From positions 1,178,001 through 1,242,000 of the forward strand of contig AP026131.1 in the NCBI GenBank assembly GCA_030295235.1: 64,000 nt of DNA, written 5' to 3'. The position numbers and the translations under genes are program-made. The DNA is from Fistulifera solaris (Eukaryota). The notes below the pieces were generated by a model. The model had not been told where the DNA came from. It saw only the letters and a program-made list of their open reading frames with translations, and did not search any database. This document shows, one piece after another, positions 37,834 through 50,383 of this stretch (its first letter is position 1; every line of letters begins with the position of its first letter).

Positions 37834-38955
37834 ATGAAATTTCCCTTATTTATGCTTCTTACCATGGTTCACCAATCGGGCGCTTTTTCCGTTGGGGGAA
37901 CGTTTCTTTCGACGGCCGAGAAGGCAGCGTTAGAGGAGACAGCCGCTGCGGTTGCCACCTTCGGCAAAGGTATCACCGCTTGTGACGAAGGACCGGCAAC
38001 GATCGGGGGCAGGTTCGAGAAAGTTGGTGTCGAGAATACGGAGGAGAACCGCCGGAAATACAGACAGATGCTCTTTGAAGCCCCCGGATGTGAAAACTAC
38101 CTCAGTGCCGCAATCCTTGACCCCGAGACTCTCTATCAGAAGAACGATGAAGGGAAACCATTCCCACAAGTTCTGACCGAACGAGGAATCGTTCCAGGAA
38201 TTAAACCACATTTGAAAGTATACACTCTGCCGGGGACGAATGGTGATACGGTCATGCAAGGACTCGACTCTCTGGCGGCTCGTTGCAAGGAGTATTACGA
38301 CAATGGAGCTCGTTTTGCTAAGTGGCGATCGCCGCTGGTTATTGATATGCAGAACAGATGTCCGACAGACTTGGCTATCAAGGCAAATATGCACGACTTG
38401 GCGCGATATGCGCTCATATGTCAGAGTGAAGGCTTGATGCCCATCGTAGAACCGGATATTTCCTTGAGCGGAACTCACACTCTGGAAGAAGCCGTCGATG
38501 TGAACATTCGTGTTCAGTCGGAGCTATTTAAAGCTATGATTGATCATGGAGTATACATGGCGGGAACTACGTTGAAGCCGAATATTGTGAACCCTGGCAA
38601 GAACTGTCCCAAGAGCTATACTGTGGAAGAGATCGCCGAAGCCAACATTTTTGTGTTTGAACAGAGTTTTCCAGTTGCCATGAAAGGTGCCAACTATCTT
38701 TCCGGTGGCCAAACCTTGGAGCAAGCTGCTGCTCGACTAAGCGCCATTAATAAAGCGAACAAGAAAGGACCTTGGAACTTGAGTTTCAGCTGGAGTCAGG
38801 CTTTGCAGCTGCCACTACTTGATCTTTGCAAGGGCAAAGGAGATTTGCAGTTGGAGGAAATGAGCAAATTGTATGTAGAAGAGCTAAAGATCGCAAGTGC
38901 AGCTGCTAAAGGAGAATATGAATGGGCCAAAGGCGATGGAGACCATAAGGCGTAA
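37834..38955 (+). CDS. Class I fructose-bisphosphate aldolase, plastid-targeted (FBAC5-like)
   Basis: GKGITACDE, ENTEENRRKYRQML, QGLDSLAARC..Y..GARFAKWR, LARYALICQ..GLMPIVEP, LKPN (Schiff-base Lys) and LSGGQ. Signal peptide ending SGA-F. Confidence 0.92.
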   Translation: MKFPLFMLLTMVHQSGAFSVGGTFLSTAEKAALEETAAAVATFGKGITACDEGPATIGGRFEKVGVENTEENRRKYRQMLFEAPGCENYLSAAILDPETLYQKNDEGKPFPQVLTERGIVPGIKPHLKVYTLPGTNGDTVMQGLDSLAARCKEYYDNGARFAKWRSPLVIDMQNRCPTDLAIKANMHDLARYALICQSEGLMPIVEPDISLSGTHTLEEAVDVNIRVQSELFKAMIDHGVYMAGTTLKPNIVNPGKNCPKSYTVEEIAEANIFVFEQSFPVAMKGANYLSGGQTLEQAAARLSAINKANKKGPWNLSFSWSQALQLPLLDLCKGKGDLQLEEMSKLYVEELKIASAAAKGEYEWAKGDGDHKA

Positions 38956-39034
38956 AGGAGATTAATCATGCTAATACAGTAAGACAAACTCTATCGTGAC
39001 TACCAACATACCCTCGAGTGCTAATGTATGATGA

Positions 39035-39649
39035 TTATGTTATGGATTCCTCCAAGCTAGCTCGATCCACATCGGCATCGTAATCCGCCCTCATACGCTC
39101 CAACACATCGCGCAAACAACAGAATCCCATCAACATGTAAATGACACCGAGAGCAAACATCGCATAAGATGCTCCTAACATGACCAAATGAACAATCATT
39201 TGCCTCGTCTCTAGCGTCCGTTCTTCCACTTCATTGGCTTCCGCCATGACGACTCCAATGAGACCAATGAACGAGTAGAGGAACCCCCGATAGACCCAAT
39301 TTTCGTACGTCGTGGGCACCAAATTTTCCATGCGGAGTTCCGTGAGAATGAGAATGATGCAAAAGGCCACTATGTACAGACGAAGGACATTGGGCATGAA
39401 GAAGAAATGAAAGACGGCCATGGCCGCGATCTGAGCTCCGAGCAATACCGCCGACACTGCTATGGCGAACGACGAAAGGATTTTGAACGAACGCAGGGCA
39501 CACGAGCGTCGAGGAAAGATTCGTTCGGCAGGAGAGAGGTCTTCATCACTAGTTTTTGAAAGAAGAACCGTATGCTCTTCTGCGGCGTCTGGTGGACTAA
39601 TAACTGATGTGAGAGATGTATTGAGAATCCATGTCGACGAAATCATCAT
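39035..39649 (-). CDS. Four-TM COPI-associated/Tvp15-like membrane protein
   Basis: LRLYIVAFCIILILTEL, NWVYRGFLYSFIGLI and GVIYMLMGFCCL; four hydrophobic segments. Confidence 0.65.
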   Translation of the reverse strand: MMISSTWILNTSLTSVISPPDAAEEHTVLLSKTSDEDLSPAERIFPRRSCALRSFKILSSFAIAVSAVLLGAQIAAMAVFHFFFMPNVLRLYIVAFCIILILTELRMENLVPTTYENWVYRGFLYSFIGLIGVVMAEANEVEERTLETRQMIVHLVMLGASYAMFALGVIYMLMGFCCLRDVLERMRADYDADVDRASLEESIT

Positions 39650-40085
39650 GCCTACCTTTCTAAAAAGGGATTCATTGTGGCATTGCCACGGATGTCTTGA
39701 GCTAACATGACTACGGAGTTCTATGATTAAGGTCGATGGAAGTGAGCAAGGCGATTATAATGGCGCTTCTCCGAACGATCTGGTTCGTGATGGGACGGTT
39801 CTGATTTTGTGAGACGAATAACGAAAAAATGAGAGGGTGATCGAATAACGGTACGATTCACCAGACCGGTACTCGATGACATCATATACTACACTCACTG
39901 CCACACTCAACCAGAGGATAACGTCAGCAAGGATGACGTTGTTGCATCGTTTTTCGCAGGACACATTTTTCTGTGTTTTGCTCGCTGAAATTCGAAAAAC
40001 TCACGTCTTTCGCACTCCTCCTAACGCAACAAAATACTTGCTAACGCAACAGCGATTGCTCTTCCAGAAGACTCTGACATAGCAA

Positions 40086-41523
40086 ATGATGCTTTCTAGA
40101 TGGAATAAAGGCTTCGCGATCGGGAAACGATACGCTTTCCCCTCGCTGCGATTCTTTTCGGACTCCTCGGACGACGAGACAGAGCCGACAGCGAATAAAA
40201 CGGAAACACCACCGCGTGATCTCAACAATCTCCCCATTACGTTTGCTGATATCAGTCGTGCCGATGTGGCCATTCGGGGAGGCGTCAAACGGACGGTCTG
40301 CGAACGATCCCATTTCATTAGTGAACTCGTCGGCGCCAATGTCTTCTTCAAACAAGAATTTCGTCAATTCACGGGCAGTTTCAAGGAACGCGGCGCGCGG
40401 AATGCCATTTTACAAGTGAAACGAGAAAAAGGAAACTCACTGAGAGGTGTGATTGCGGCCAGTGCCGGGAATCACGCCTTGGCGTTGGCGTACCACGGCA
40501 AAGAATTGGTGTCCCCGTCACCGTCGTCATGCCGTCGGTGGCGCCCATGGCCAAAGTCGACAAGTGTCGGGTAAGTACGAAGCAGAATTGCCACATTGCC
40601 TTGGATCTTCCTAATGCTTCTTTTTACAGAAATTCGGTGCCCGTATCATCATTGAAGGACAACACATCGGGCAAGCGAAAGAATATGCGGAGATGCTAGT
40701 CGAGAAGGAGGATTTACACTACATTAATGGTTACGATGATCCCCCCATTTTGGCGGGTGCGGGTACGATCGGAATGGAAATCATGAACGATGTTCCTTGC
40801 GTGGATGTGGTCGTCGTCCCCGTGGGAGGTGCGGGTTTGATTGCCGGAATATCGTGTGCCATCAAAACCTTGAAACCTTGTGTCAAGGTGATTGGCGTCG
40901 AGCCGGAATTTTGTGCATCGTATACGGCCGCCTTACGAGCAGGTAAACCGGTACCGGCTCCTTTCACGCCAACACTGGCGGATGGTTTGGCCGTTCCCGT
41001 CGTTGGTCCGCATGCCTTTGAAGTAGCGAGTGCGTATGTGGATGAATGCGTTTTGACGAATGAGATGGAAATATCATTAGCCGTACTTCGACTCATTGAA
41101 CAAGAAAAGATGGTGGTGGAAGGCGGCGGAGCGGCTGGTTTGGCCGCTCTCTTGCCCGGCGGCGCTCTCGATCGATACGATATGAAGGGCAAAAACATTG
41201 TCGTCCCATTGTGTGGTGGAAACATTGATACCACGGTCCTGGGGCGGGTGCTTGAGCGTGGTTTGGCCGCCGATAAGCGATTGGTGAATTTTTATGCGAC
41301 CGTATCCGATCGGCCGGGTGGAATATCGGGCCTCACCACCCTGTTATCGAATGAAGGGGCCAGCATCAAAGACATTTACCACGAGCGTGCGTGGCTCCAT
41401 TCCAATGTGGATCAGGTGCAGGTCAAGTGCGTTGTGGAACTACAAGGAGTCGAGCACGGAAAACGACTCCAAAATGCTTTGATTAGTGCGGGATATCCGG
41501 TCGTGTGGAATACCGAATTTTAG
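40086..41523 (+). CDS. ilvA: Threonine dehydratase (ammonia-lyase) with C-terminal ACT domain, probably mitochondrial; 2 exons
   Basis: FTGSFKERGA (PLP Lys), ASAGNHA, PVGGAGL, TLADGLAVP, LCGGNID and DRPG. Arg/Phe-rich presequence. Intron 40571-40629; missing G at 40508-40509. Confidence 0.92.
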
Positions 41524-42308
41524 CAGCTTTTTTTTTGAGCATCATCTACAGAGTTGTAACAATTTTTCTCCATTTAACGATACGCACTCTCTATGCTGCC
41601 TTACCTGTCCGTCATTTTATAGAGTTTAGCAATCGAAAGCCTTACTCATACGTAAAGTAATGTAGACTTATACTATTCGATGATTTAGTATTTAGTATTA
41701 GTCTAGTCAATCCTTAGGTCAAAGCAAGACTCATAGCTTCTCGGAACTCGGGATTAATGCCGGAAATGTAGATTCTTGGATTCTCTTCTTTTCTTAGTAC
41801 TTGGTTCACTAGCCAATAGATTTGAATACATCCACGTATCGAATATCTTCCGATGACGAACTTATAGTACTTAATACTTAGGGTATTTTACAGGGACGGA
41901 GAAGCTAGATTACGGAACAATTTAACCCACAGAGATCGCGCATTGAAAAGAAGTATCGGTCGATTTGATTCATTTGGAAGACTAAAACAAGACCAAGAAG
42001 ATTGTAAACACTATCTTCCCAGCTGATTTATGGAAAAGAAACGAAACGAGCGACGATGCGGGATGTTCTTCTCGTTCGGATTATAAAAATCGGGATCGGC
42101 GAAATCTTCGTACATTTTTTAGGCGAAACTACGTAGAAAATGACTCGTTTAGCTCCTCTAGCTCCTAGTTTTGGGAGCCCAACGATCCGAACGAATCTCC
42201 CGCCCATCACCGGCACTTTGATTGCATGCGCGAGACCTTGCCCATTATTCGTCATTATAAGAACAAAGGTGCAATTGTCAAAGGCTACTCTCGACACAAG
42301 AAAAAGTC

Positions 42309-43133
42309 ATGGCTGCTTTTATTGACCAGCAACTCGATGGCGATCTGCGCGAGTTCGCCAGGATCTTTGCTGGTGATAGTGACGACATTGGTTTTGAGCA
42401 AATGATAGCTCGGGTCACCTACAATGACCAGTCTATCCTCTCGCCGATCCGATGCATTTCCCCCATCTGTCCAGCTGCTTTTGACGGGCCGTGCTTGCCG
42501 ACAAATCCGTATCCGGATGTGCTGGGAAAGCTAAAGTCTCCTGAGGTTCCCTCGCATTTGCAGCCCATGCAAGAAAGCGGCTTGCCCTCGAATTACAAAC
42601 AGGGTAGCCGAGAGCTGGAAGCATCTGCTGTCATACAGTCATCCAATCTTTCTACTCATATGTTGCCTTCCCCAGACTTTACTACCTATCTTGCTCAGCA
42701 AAGTGCGCCTCTCTCATCGACCCAACTTGGTGACGAAACGCATCCGACAGCAACGAAGAAGAAGAAGAAACGGTCTTCGGTCACACCGGCCTTGTCGGCT
42801 TACAATTTCTTTTTTCGTGACGAACGCGACCGCATTTTGAAGAAACACCAAGACGTGGCTTATACCGCGGAACGACAAGACTTGCTCCTGCAGAGGCACT
42901 GGCAACAAGACCGCAGTCAAAAACGACGTCACGTCAAGACGCACGGGAAAATCAATTTTGCGACCTTATCGAAATGTATTTCGATGCGGTGGAAGCAACT
43001 GCCGGAACACGCGAAAGAGTTTTATCGCGAAATATCCTTGCGCGATTGGGATCGCTTTCGCCACGAGAGCCAAGACACGTCGGATGCTTCATCATCAAGC
43101 TCTTCCGACGTGAATCATCATCCTGAATGGTAG
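42309..43133 (+). CDS. HMG-box DNA-binding protein (diatom type with insertion)
   Basis: ALSAYNFFFRDERDRIL ... KRRHVKTHGKINFATLSKCISMRWKQL...FYREIS.RDWDRF. Confidence 0.85.
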   Translation: MAAFIDQQLDGDLREFARIFAGDSDDIGFEQMIARVTYNDQSILSPIRCISPICPAAFDGPCLPTNPYPDVLGKLKSPEVPSHLQPMQESGLPSNYKQGSRELEASAVIQSSNLSTHMLPSPDFTTYLAQQSAPLSSTQLGDETHPTATKKKKKRSSVTPALSAYNFFFRDERDRILKKHQDVAYTAERQDLLLQRHWQQDRSQKRRHVKTHGKINFATLSKCISMRWKQLPEHAKEFYREISLRDWDRFRHESQDTSDASSSSSSDVNHHPEW

Positions 43134-43503
43134 GATGATCTCTGCTGATGACTGCACGTCATGTATATACTGCCGAAAAGATAATCATCATCATTATTTT
43201 TTATAACCACTGCCATTTTGTCGCAAAGAATGATAGATCGATTTTGCGGATCGCGTTGTCTTCCCGATTTTTTTACTGTAGGCACAACTGTATGCTCAAC
43301 GTAACCAAGACTGCATTTCAGTCATGGACCCCCTTTGAGTTCCCGAAATGTCGCATAGGTACCGCTTTTCTTATTTTCGATCCAAACAATTTGGCGCGCA
43401 AAAATGGCACTCCCCCTCCATTATTCGCAGCATCATTGCGGATCATCAAAAGAGCTATTCATTCATATTACTTTACTCTATCTTTTCTATCTATTACTCA
43501 GCC

Positions 43504-46500
43504 ATGGAAAACGAAGTCTCGCATTATGTGGTAACGGCGCATCCTCCAGGAAGCGTACTGGCGACTCTCAAATGTTATTTCACGTCGTCGGAAGTCGAGG
43601 TACGTTTTCGCACAGTCTTTGATTTATTTGTGCTTATTAATCTTCTATGATGCTCATTCTTTTTTCTCTTATTCTCTTTTAAAAGGACGTATTGATTGCG
43701 AAATCCCGTCGTTTGGAAATTCGACAATGGAAACAAGGAACCTTGGATTTAATCTTGACATTACCGATTCACGGTCGCATTATCGCCATGACGGCATTGC
43801 CTTCCTCGGAACAGCAACAGTGCGTCTTTTTTCTCACGGAACGCTTTCAGTATGCGGTGATTGGATATGACGTTACACAAACACCCTATCCCATCCAAAC
43901 GTACGCGAGTGGTTCCTTTTCGGAAGGTGTTACGATGGGACGCACGACGGAACATCCACTCCTAGCAATGCATCCCACGTGTTTGGCCTTGCATCTCTTT
44001 CGTGGTTTTGTCACCATTTTACCGTATCAAGGCAAACAATTGCAACGTCCGTTTCATGTTCGCGTCGAACAAGCGCACAAGATTTTGGCACTCTGTTTTT
44101 TGCAAAATACCACGGCGGAACCGCACCTTTGTATCTTGTACCAAAGTCAAGCGCATCAACACGTCACGACCGCGAAAATTGTCGGACAAGAATTGCACTT
44201 TCAGGGCCTGCAATCCCGCATCGATGGTGGCAGTGCCCTGTTACTGCCCGTTCCTCCTTTGGGCTCGGACCCCATCGGTGGTGTCTTGGTCATTGGACAA
44301 ATGCAATGGACGTATTTGCATTTGAATGGGACTGCCAAAGTGGTACCGATTCGACAAGCGCTCTTTTTGTGTGCCACCCCGCTACCGGAGCCCCACAAGT
44401 ATTTGTTGGCGGATGAATTTGGCAATTGGCACGTCTTGACCTTGCTGGTGGAGAATGACAAAATTGTGGCCTTGCAACGGGATGTGTTGGGATCGTGTAC
44501 CTTGTGTCATTCGTTAGTTGTGTTAGAAGATGGATTGGTGTTTGCGGGCAGTCGTGTCGGTGATTCGCAGTTGTTGCAAATTCATGCGGAGCCCGTTGAC
44601 GATGCCTACCTCAGTGTACTGGAAGAATACACGCAATTGGGACCCATTTTGGATTTGGACAGCCATGGACCCGTCGTGGTGACGGCATCGGGATCGTCGC
44701 AATTTGGGAGTCTCCGATTGGTGCGGAATGGGATCGGCATGAATGAATATGCCGCCGTCGAAATGCCGGCGATACAAAACATGTTTCGATTGAAGGTTTC
44801 GGAACACGAGGATCAGTATTTGGTACAGAGTTTTGTGGGAGAAACGCGTGTTTTGGGCGTCGCGGAACGGGAGGAAGGTGCGACCCTGGAAGAAGTGTGG
44901 TTGGCCGGGCTGGACAGTCAGTCTTCGTCGTTGTATGTCGGCAATGTAAAAGGCGGGGCCTGGATCCAAATCACCGACACGGCCGTGCGGTTGTGTACCG
45001 CGGAGACGGTGTTGGACACGTGGGTCGCGGAGAAGCCCATTACGGTGGCCACGGCCAATCCCGCCGGTCAAATTGCGGTCGCTCTGCAAGGTGGTTGGCT
45101 GCAGTATCTGGTCGTCGGTGACGACAACAAGCTCAAGCTGATGACTTCCAGGGCCATGGAAAAGATGTTTCCTGTCTGACGTTGGATCCTTTGACGAGTG
45201 ACGCGATGGAAACGGATTCGGCGGTGTCCGCGAAATTAATCGGCGTGGGACTTTGGGATGAATTCAAAGTCCGCCTATTGGCGTTGGATTCATTGGAAGA
45301 AACTCTCTGTTTAGAGCTTGCGGAGGAGTCCGAGAACGACGAGCGTCACCATCGTCTCAACATGATGGCTCGTAGTTTATGTTTCATTACTTTGGAATTG
45401 GATAGCAATCGCAGTGTCAGTGTGGATATGCTATTTGTTGGTTTGGGAGATGGGACGTTGATTTCGTTCGCGTTGTCGCAAGGCAAGGGCGTCGTGTCGG
45501 CGCATTCGCGCAAAGAAGTATGCCTGGGCACGCAACGGATTGATCTCGTTCCTCTCCACACGGAAGAAGGTGGGACCTGCGTCTTGGCCACTGGCGACAG
45601 ACCAACCGTCATCTATTTGGCAGGACTGTCCAATAACAATCCGAAATTATGCTACTCCAATGTGAATGTGAGCAGCAGTGATGAGGAGGACCGGTCAGAG
45701 CAAACGATTGCGGTGAATGTCGCCACGCCGTTTGTGAGTCCCAAAATATTTGAAACAATGGGTAGTCAGCATTATTCGCTGTGCGTGGCAGATGACGCTT
45801 ATCTCCGTCTGGGTGTCATTGACGACATTCAGAAGCTGCATGTTACGACTTGTCGACTGGGTATGGCTCCACGTCGCATTGTACATTGCCCAGAAGGCCG
45901 ACTATTTGCGGTCGGGTGTCTCGAAAGTGGGATCAAGCACCTTGGAGTGCTGCAAGAAGACGACGAGACTAGTATGGGTAACTGCATTCGTATCTTGGAC
46001 GATACTACCTTTGATGATCTAGAGCGAATCGATTTGGAGCCGTTTGAGATGATCTTATCGATGGTGTACGTGTCATTGAAGGTTGGAAGTGAAACGAGCC
46101 CATTTCTCCTCGTTGGCACAGCCTACGCACTTCCGAGTGAAGATGAACCAACGCGGGGGCGAATTTTGGTCTACACGTGCCAACCGCAAGAAAACACAAC
46201 CTCCGCATCGGATGATAGCCGGGCGATAAAACCAGTTGCAGAATTCATTGCATCCGGTGCTGTGTACAGTCTGTGTCAGTTCTACGGCGGAATGGCCCTG
46301 TGTACAGTCGGCTCCAAGACCATGGTGTGCCGATTGGTAAAAGAAGCCGGTATGTTTCGTTTCGAGTTTGTCGGGCGCGGTCACCATGGTAACATTCTCA
46401 GCCTTTTTGTCAAGAGTTTGGCCAAACGCACGCCTACTTCCGATGGGTCACCGGACGGTGACAAGACCCCCGCCACCCTCATGGATGTTTCCGAGCATAA

Positions 46501-47317
46501 CGAGTCCAAAGCGGAATTGAAGGAAGAAGAACAGTTTGCCATTGTGGGAGATCTTATGCGATCCATTAGTTTAGTGCAATATTATCCCGAGCACAACAGT
46601 CTAGAAGAAATTGCTCGCGATTTCAACAGTAATTGGACGACAGCGATCGAGATGCTTCACGCCAACGTGTACTTGGGCGCCGAGAATTGGAACAATCTGT
46701 TTTGTCTGCGACGCAATACCGCGTCCACGAGCGCGGAAGTGCAGTGTCGCCTCGAAACGGTCGGTGAATTTCATCTCGGGGAAATGTGCAACACGTTTCT
46801 GCCGGGGAGTTTGGTCATGCCCGTGGGCAAGCAGAGCAATAAGCCCCGTACCAGCACGCCCGAAAGTTCTGCGCATCGCGTCGCCGCGCGGAAACCACCG
46901 GTGGTGACGGGCAGTCAGACCTTGTTTGGGACCGTCGATGGGACGTTGGGTGTCATTTTGGGACTGGACGGGAGAACGGCGGCCTTTTTGAGCTGCCTGG
47001 AACGGGCCCTGTCTTCCACCATAAAGCCCGTGGGTGATTTGGAACATCGCCTGTTCCGGGCCGTACAAGCGAATCATCGCATCCATCCGGCCCATGGTTT
47101 CATTGATGGGGATTTAATCGAAAGTTTCCTGGATTTAGATCCAACATTGATGGAAAAGGTCGTTACGGCCATGAATCGAGATGGAGGATGGGATGCGGGC
47201 GAGGAAGACGCCGCTATGATGTCCATTCAAGAGAGTGGTGAAAATGAGGGTGATCGCATGGATCTTACGGTGGACGATGTCGTGACGCTGGTGGAAGAAA
47301 TGACAATGTTGCATTAA
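43504..47317 (+). CDS. DDB1: DNA damage-binding protein 1; 2 exons, one homopolymer frameshift
   Basis: YVVTAHPP, GSRVGDSQL, GSLRLVRNGIG, IDDIQKLHV, EDEPTRGRI, VGDLMRSI, EEIARDFNSNW, GEFHLGE and FIDGDLIESFLDL. Intron 43600-43685; missing A at 45160-45163. Confidence 0.95.
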
Positions 47318-47503
47318 AATCGTTAGACAGGATGTTTATTATTGCATGACGACTTTGATGGAGAAGAAGAGACGAGTATCGATTGATAAAGAGTAATTTT
47401 TAGTTGAATTTACATATTCGCATTCATCTTGAAAATTCTCGATACAGCTCTCTTTTTTTTCAAAAATGGAAATAACATACACGTGACCACGAGCCTTTTC
47501 AAG

Positions 47504-47937
47504 CTACGCTGGAACGGCTTCCACCAGCATCTTGGGCGGATTCGGCACAAACTTGATTTTCTTGTGATCTCCCAACACTTGGCCATGCACATCATAGAAT
47601 TCTCCATTGGGAGCTTGATAGGCATCCCGACGATCCATGCGGAACACTAACAAGAGAAGGGCGGGAAAACACGCCACCACCATCCCTCCGACGGTCGCGG
47701 CGACGGTCAACGGACCTCGATAATGCTGTTGTCCCCACACACCCCCGGAGGGAACCCCGGGAGGTGGAGGATGATCAACATAAAAGACACGTTGACTCCT
47801 CCCCGGAGAGGTGTCGATTTTGGTCGACTCCTCAGCAATATCTTCATCAATCAACACCGCATCGGTGATGATGGAGTCGTATTCGTTCTTTTCGTGTTTC
47901 ATTCTTTTTGATTTGGAGGCCAAAGATACCTTGACAT
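47504..47937 (-). CDS. Small hypothetical membrane-associated protein
   Basis: PPPGVPSGGVWG..YRGPLT + hydrophobic segment + MDRRDAYQAPNG. Start is either ATG 47902, or ATG 47937 with a homopolymer slip at 47905-47909. Confidence 0.6.
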
Positions 47938-48321
47938 GGAAAAATGGATTTTGTGAACGTTCCAGAACAAAAAGAGCGGTGCGATCAATAAGTCGTGGAG
48001 GGCGAATGACACGGGGAGATCGAGTTCAGTCGTGGATCTTAATTGTCTGTCCGTTGTGCGTCGATGACGCTGGAATGACGTCGAAGGACTTTTTTCAGCA
48101 ACAACATCAACAAAATAACAAACAACAAAAAAATCAAAACGAAGCAATAACAAACAAGGGGAAGGCGTTCTTATTGTTTTGTTCATTTAATTACAAAGCT
48201 ACAAAGCATATTTATTGATTTGAGCGTTTCAGGTCGTTCGACGACAACGAAAAGCGCCTTTATCTCTGTTCTTTTTTAAATTTCCCTCTCTTTCATCGAG
48301 AAGGCACGATTGACAACGAAA

Positions 48322-48909
48322 ATGAGAGTGCCCACACCACTCGTGCGTCACGCGATACTTCCGCTTCGTTCGACAATAGTAAGAGCTCCTCCAAGATTCA
48401 TACCTTCGGTTCATCAAATACGAAGGAGTATTAGCACGAATGTTGTCATTACGAAAACAAAACCCACCGACCCGGAAGAATCATCACCACCCACTCCAAA
48501 ATCCACCATTCCATCGGTGACTACGCATGTGAATAGCACCACCAACGATCCAGTCCAAATCACGGCATCCTGTTGGAATCGCATACAGAAATTGGTGGCA
48601 TTAAAAAACAATCCACAACTCTATTTACGCGTCTTTGTGGATGCCGGAGGTTGTTCCGGATTCTCGTATCAATTTGAATTGGACGATACGCCTCTCGCTT
48701 CCGATGATGTGTTGTTTCGGTCCGGAGACAATCGCTTGGTGATTGATGAAGCCAGTTTGGGCATGATGCGGGGATCGACCATCGATTATGTGCAAGAAAT
48801 GATCAAAAGCAGTTTTCAAGTCACCAACAATCCGCAATCGGAAAGTGCGTGCGGTTGTGGTTCTTCGTTTGCTCTCAAAAACTTTGCATCGAATCCGGCC
48901 ATTGATTGA
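48322..48909 (+). CDS. ISCA2: Mitochondrial IscA/HesB Fe-S cluster assembly protein
   Basis: LRVFVDAGGCSGFSYQF, GSTIDYVQEMIKSSF and NPQSESACGCGSSF; Arg-rich presequence. Confidence 0.9.
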   Translation: MRVPTPLVRHAILPLRSTIVRAPPRFIPSVHQIRRSISTNVVITKTKPTDPEESSPPTPKSTIPSVTTHVNSTTNDPVQITASCWNRIQKLVALKNNPQLYLRVFVDAGGCSGFSYQFELDDTPLASDDVLFRSGDNRLVIDEASLGMMRGSTIDYVQEMIKSSFQVTNNPQSESACGCGSSFALKNFASNPAID

Positions 48910-49036
48910 AGTAAAATTAATCACGAAATAGTACAATCATTTGTACTGTTTCTTTTCCTCATGTGAACAGGTACACCAGTTTCGATCACGAATAATAGAC
49001 TCAATTTCTACGCAACAAGTTTACTACCAATTTCTG

Positions 49037-50089
49037 TTATTGTGTTTGAAAAACATTTTGTACCATGGGCTTTTTGACACTCAAGGCCATGCGATCCAAT
49101 TCTTCCACTGCATCCTGTTTTAACCGAAATTGGGTAGCCTCGATGGTACTTTTGGCTTGGGATACGGTGCGACAGCCCGGAATGGGAACCGTTCCTTTGC
49201 ACAGGGCCCAGTTGATGGCAATTTGGGCCGGTGTTTTCTGGTATTCGTCCGCCACCGCCTCTAGAGTGCTCAACAAACCCTGCGCCGAGGGCAGTAATTC
49301 ACGAAACAATTGTTGACGCGGAAAGGGTGGCAGATTGTCGAGATTGTAACGGCAGGTCAACAGTCCCAAACACAAAGGACTGTACGCAATCACACGAATT
49401 CCCAATTCATCGCAGATTCCGTTCATATACCGCGCCGTTTGATAGGTCAACAACGAGTATTGAATTTGTGCCGTCGCCAATGGGACACCCTCCAAGGCGT
49501 TGACAATCTTTTGCAATTGTCGTGGACCGTAATTGGAGACGCCGACGGCGTGACAAAGATCCTTTTCGTAAATTTGGCGCAAACCATCCCAGAGGGCACG
49601 TTCCTGGAGGGGTTGATAGTTGGCCGTGGACCAGTGCACTTGACAAATCGCCAGACGGTCTTGTTGTAATCGTCCCAACGACGCTTCGGCGGCGTTGACA
49701 AACGATTGCGCAGTAATTCTCCAGGGATACGGTGCTAATTTGGTAGCGACTTGTTGTGGCCGTGATGGCGGGGCCAACCAGCTTCTTTCCTTTAAATAGC
49801 GTCGCTCAAACTCTCCCAACAAAATTTCCGATCGTCCATTGAGATCCAGAGTCCCGTACGAGTCGGCCGTATCAAACAGAGATACTCCAGCATCACGAAC
49901 TACTTTGTAACTTTGATACAGTTCTTCATCTTGATCGGGATTGTATCCCCACAAGAAACGGTTCCCCCAACTCCACGTGCCACACCCTAGGGAGGAAATT
50001 TGCAGTGGGCCCGCCGTTACGGTTCTTATCGAAGGTTGTAAGATCGCCACCGCGGTGGGCACGACACATAGGCACAGTAAGAGTATCAT
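49037..50089 (-). CDS. Aldo/keto reductase, pyridoxal reductase (plant PLR1)-like, with signal peptide
   Basis: LGCGTWSWGNRFLWGY, FDTADSYGT..LNGRSE.LLG, ATKLAPYPWR, VGVSNYGP and IAYSPLCLGLL. An upstream in-frame ATG at 50164 is also possible. Confidence 0.85.
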   Translation of the reverse strand: MILLLCLCVVPTAVAILQPSIRTVTAGPLQISSLGCGTWSWGNRFLWGYNPDQDEELYQSYKVVRDAGVSLFDTADSYGTLDLNGRSEILLGEFERRYLKERSWLAPPSRPQQVATKLAPYPWRITAQSFVNAAEASLGRLQQDRLAICQVHWSTANYQPLQERALWDGLRQIYEKDLCHAVGVSNYGPRQLQKIVNALEGVPLATAQIQYSLLTYQTARYMNGICDELGIRVIAYSPLCLGLLTCRYNLDNLPPFPRQQLFRELLPSAQGLLSTLEAVADEYQKTPAQIAINWALCKGTVPIPGCRTVSQAKSTIEATQFRLKQDAVEELDRMALSVKKPMVQNVFQTQ

Positions 50090-50383
50090 TGTGCAATGGG
50101 CTTTGATCGAGTGTTTCAGTGCATGCCCCCGGCGTTTGTTATCGTCGAAACGCATCATCGTCATCGAAAAAAAATAATATCATCGGCGTTTTCGCGCGCT
50201 TTTTGTCATCCGTGCGATGTATTGTCGCACTGGCTCTAAACTATGATACTTTGTACGAACCTGCGGAGTAAATTTTTTGAGCTTTGAAGCTAAACTTTAG
50301 ACTCCCTAGCGTTACTCAAAAGAGGAAACGTACGTAGCATTTCTACCCTGATTAACTTATAAGGTTTAAACACTCCGATTTGC

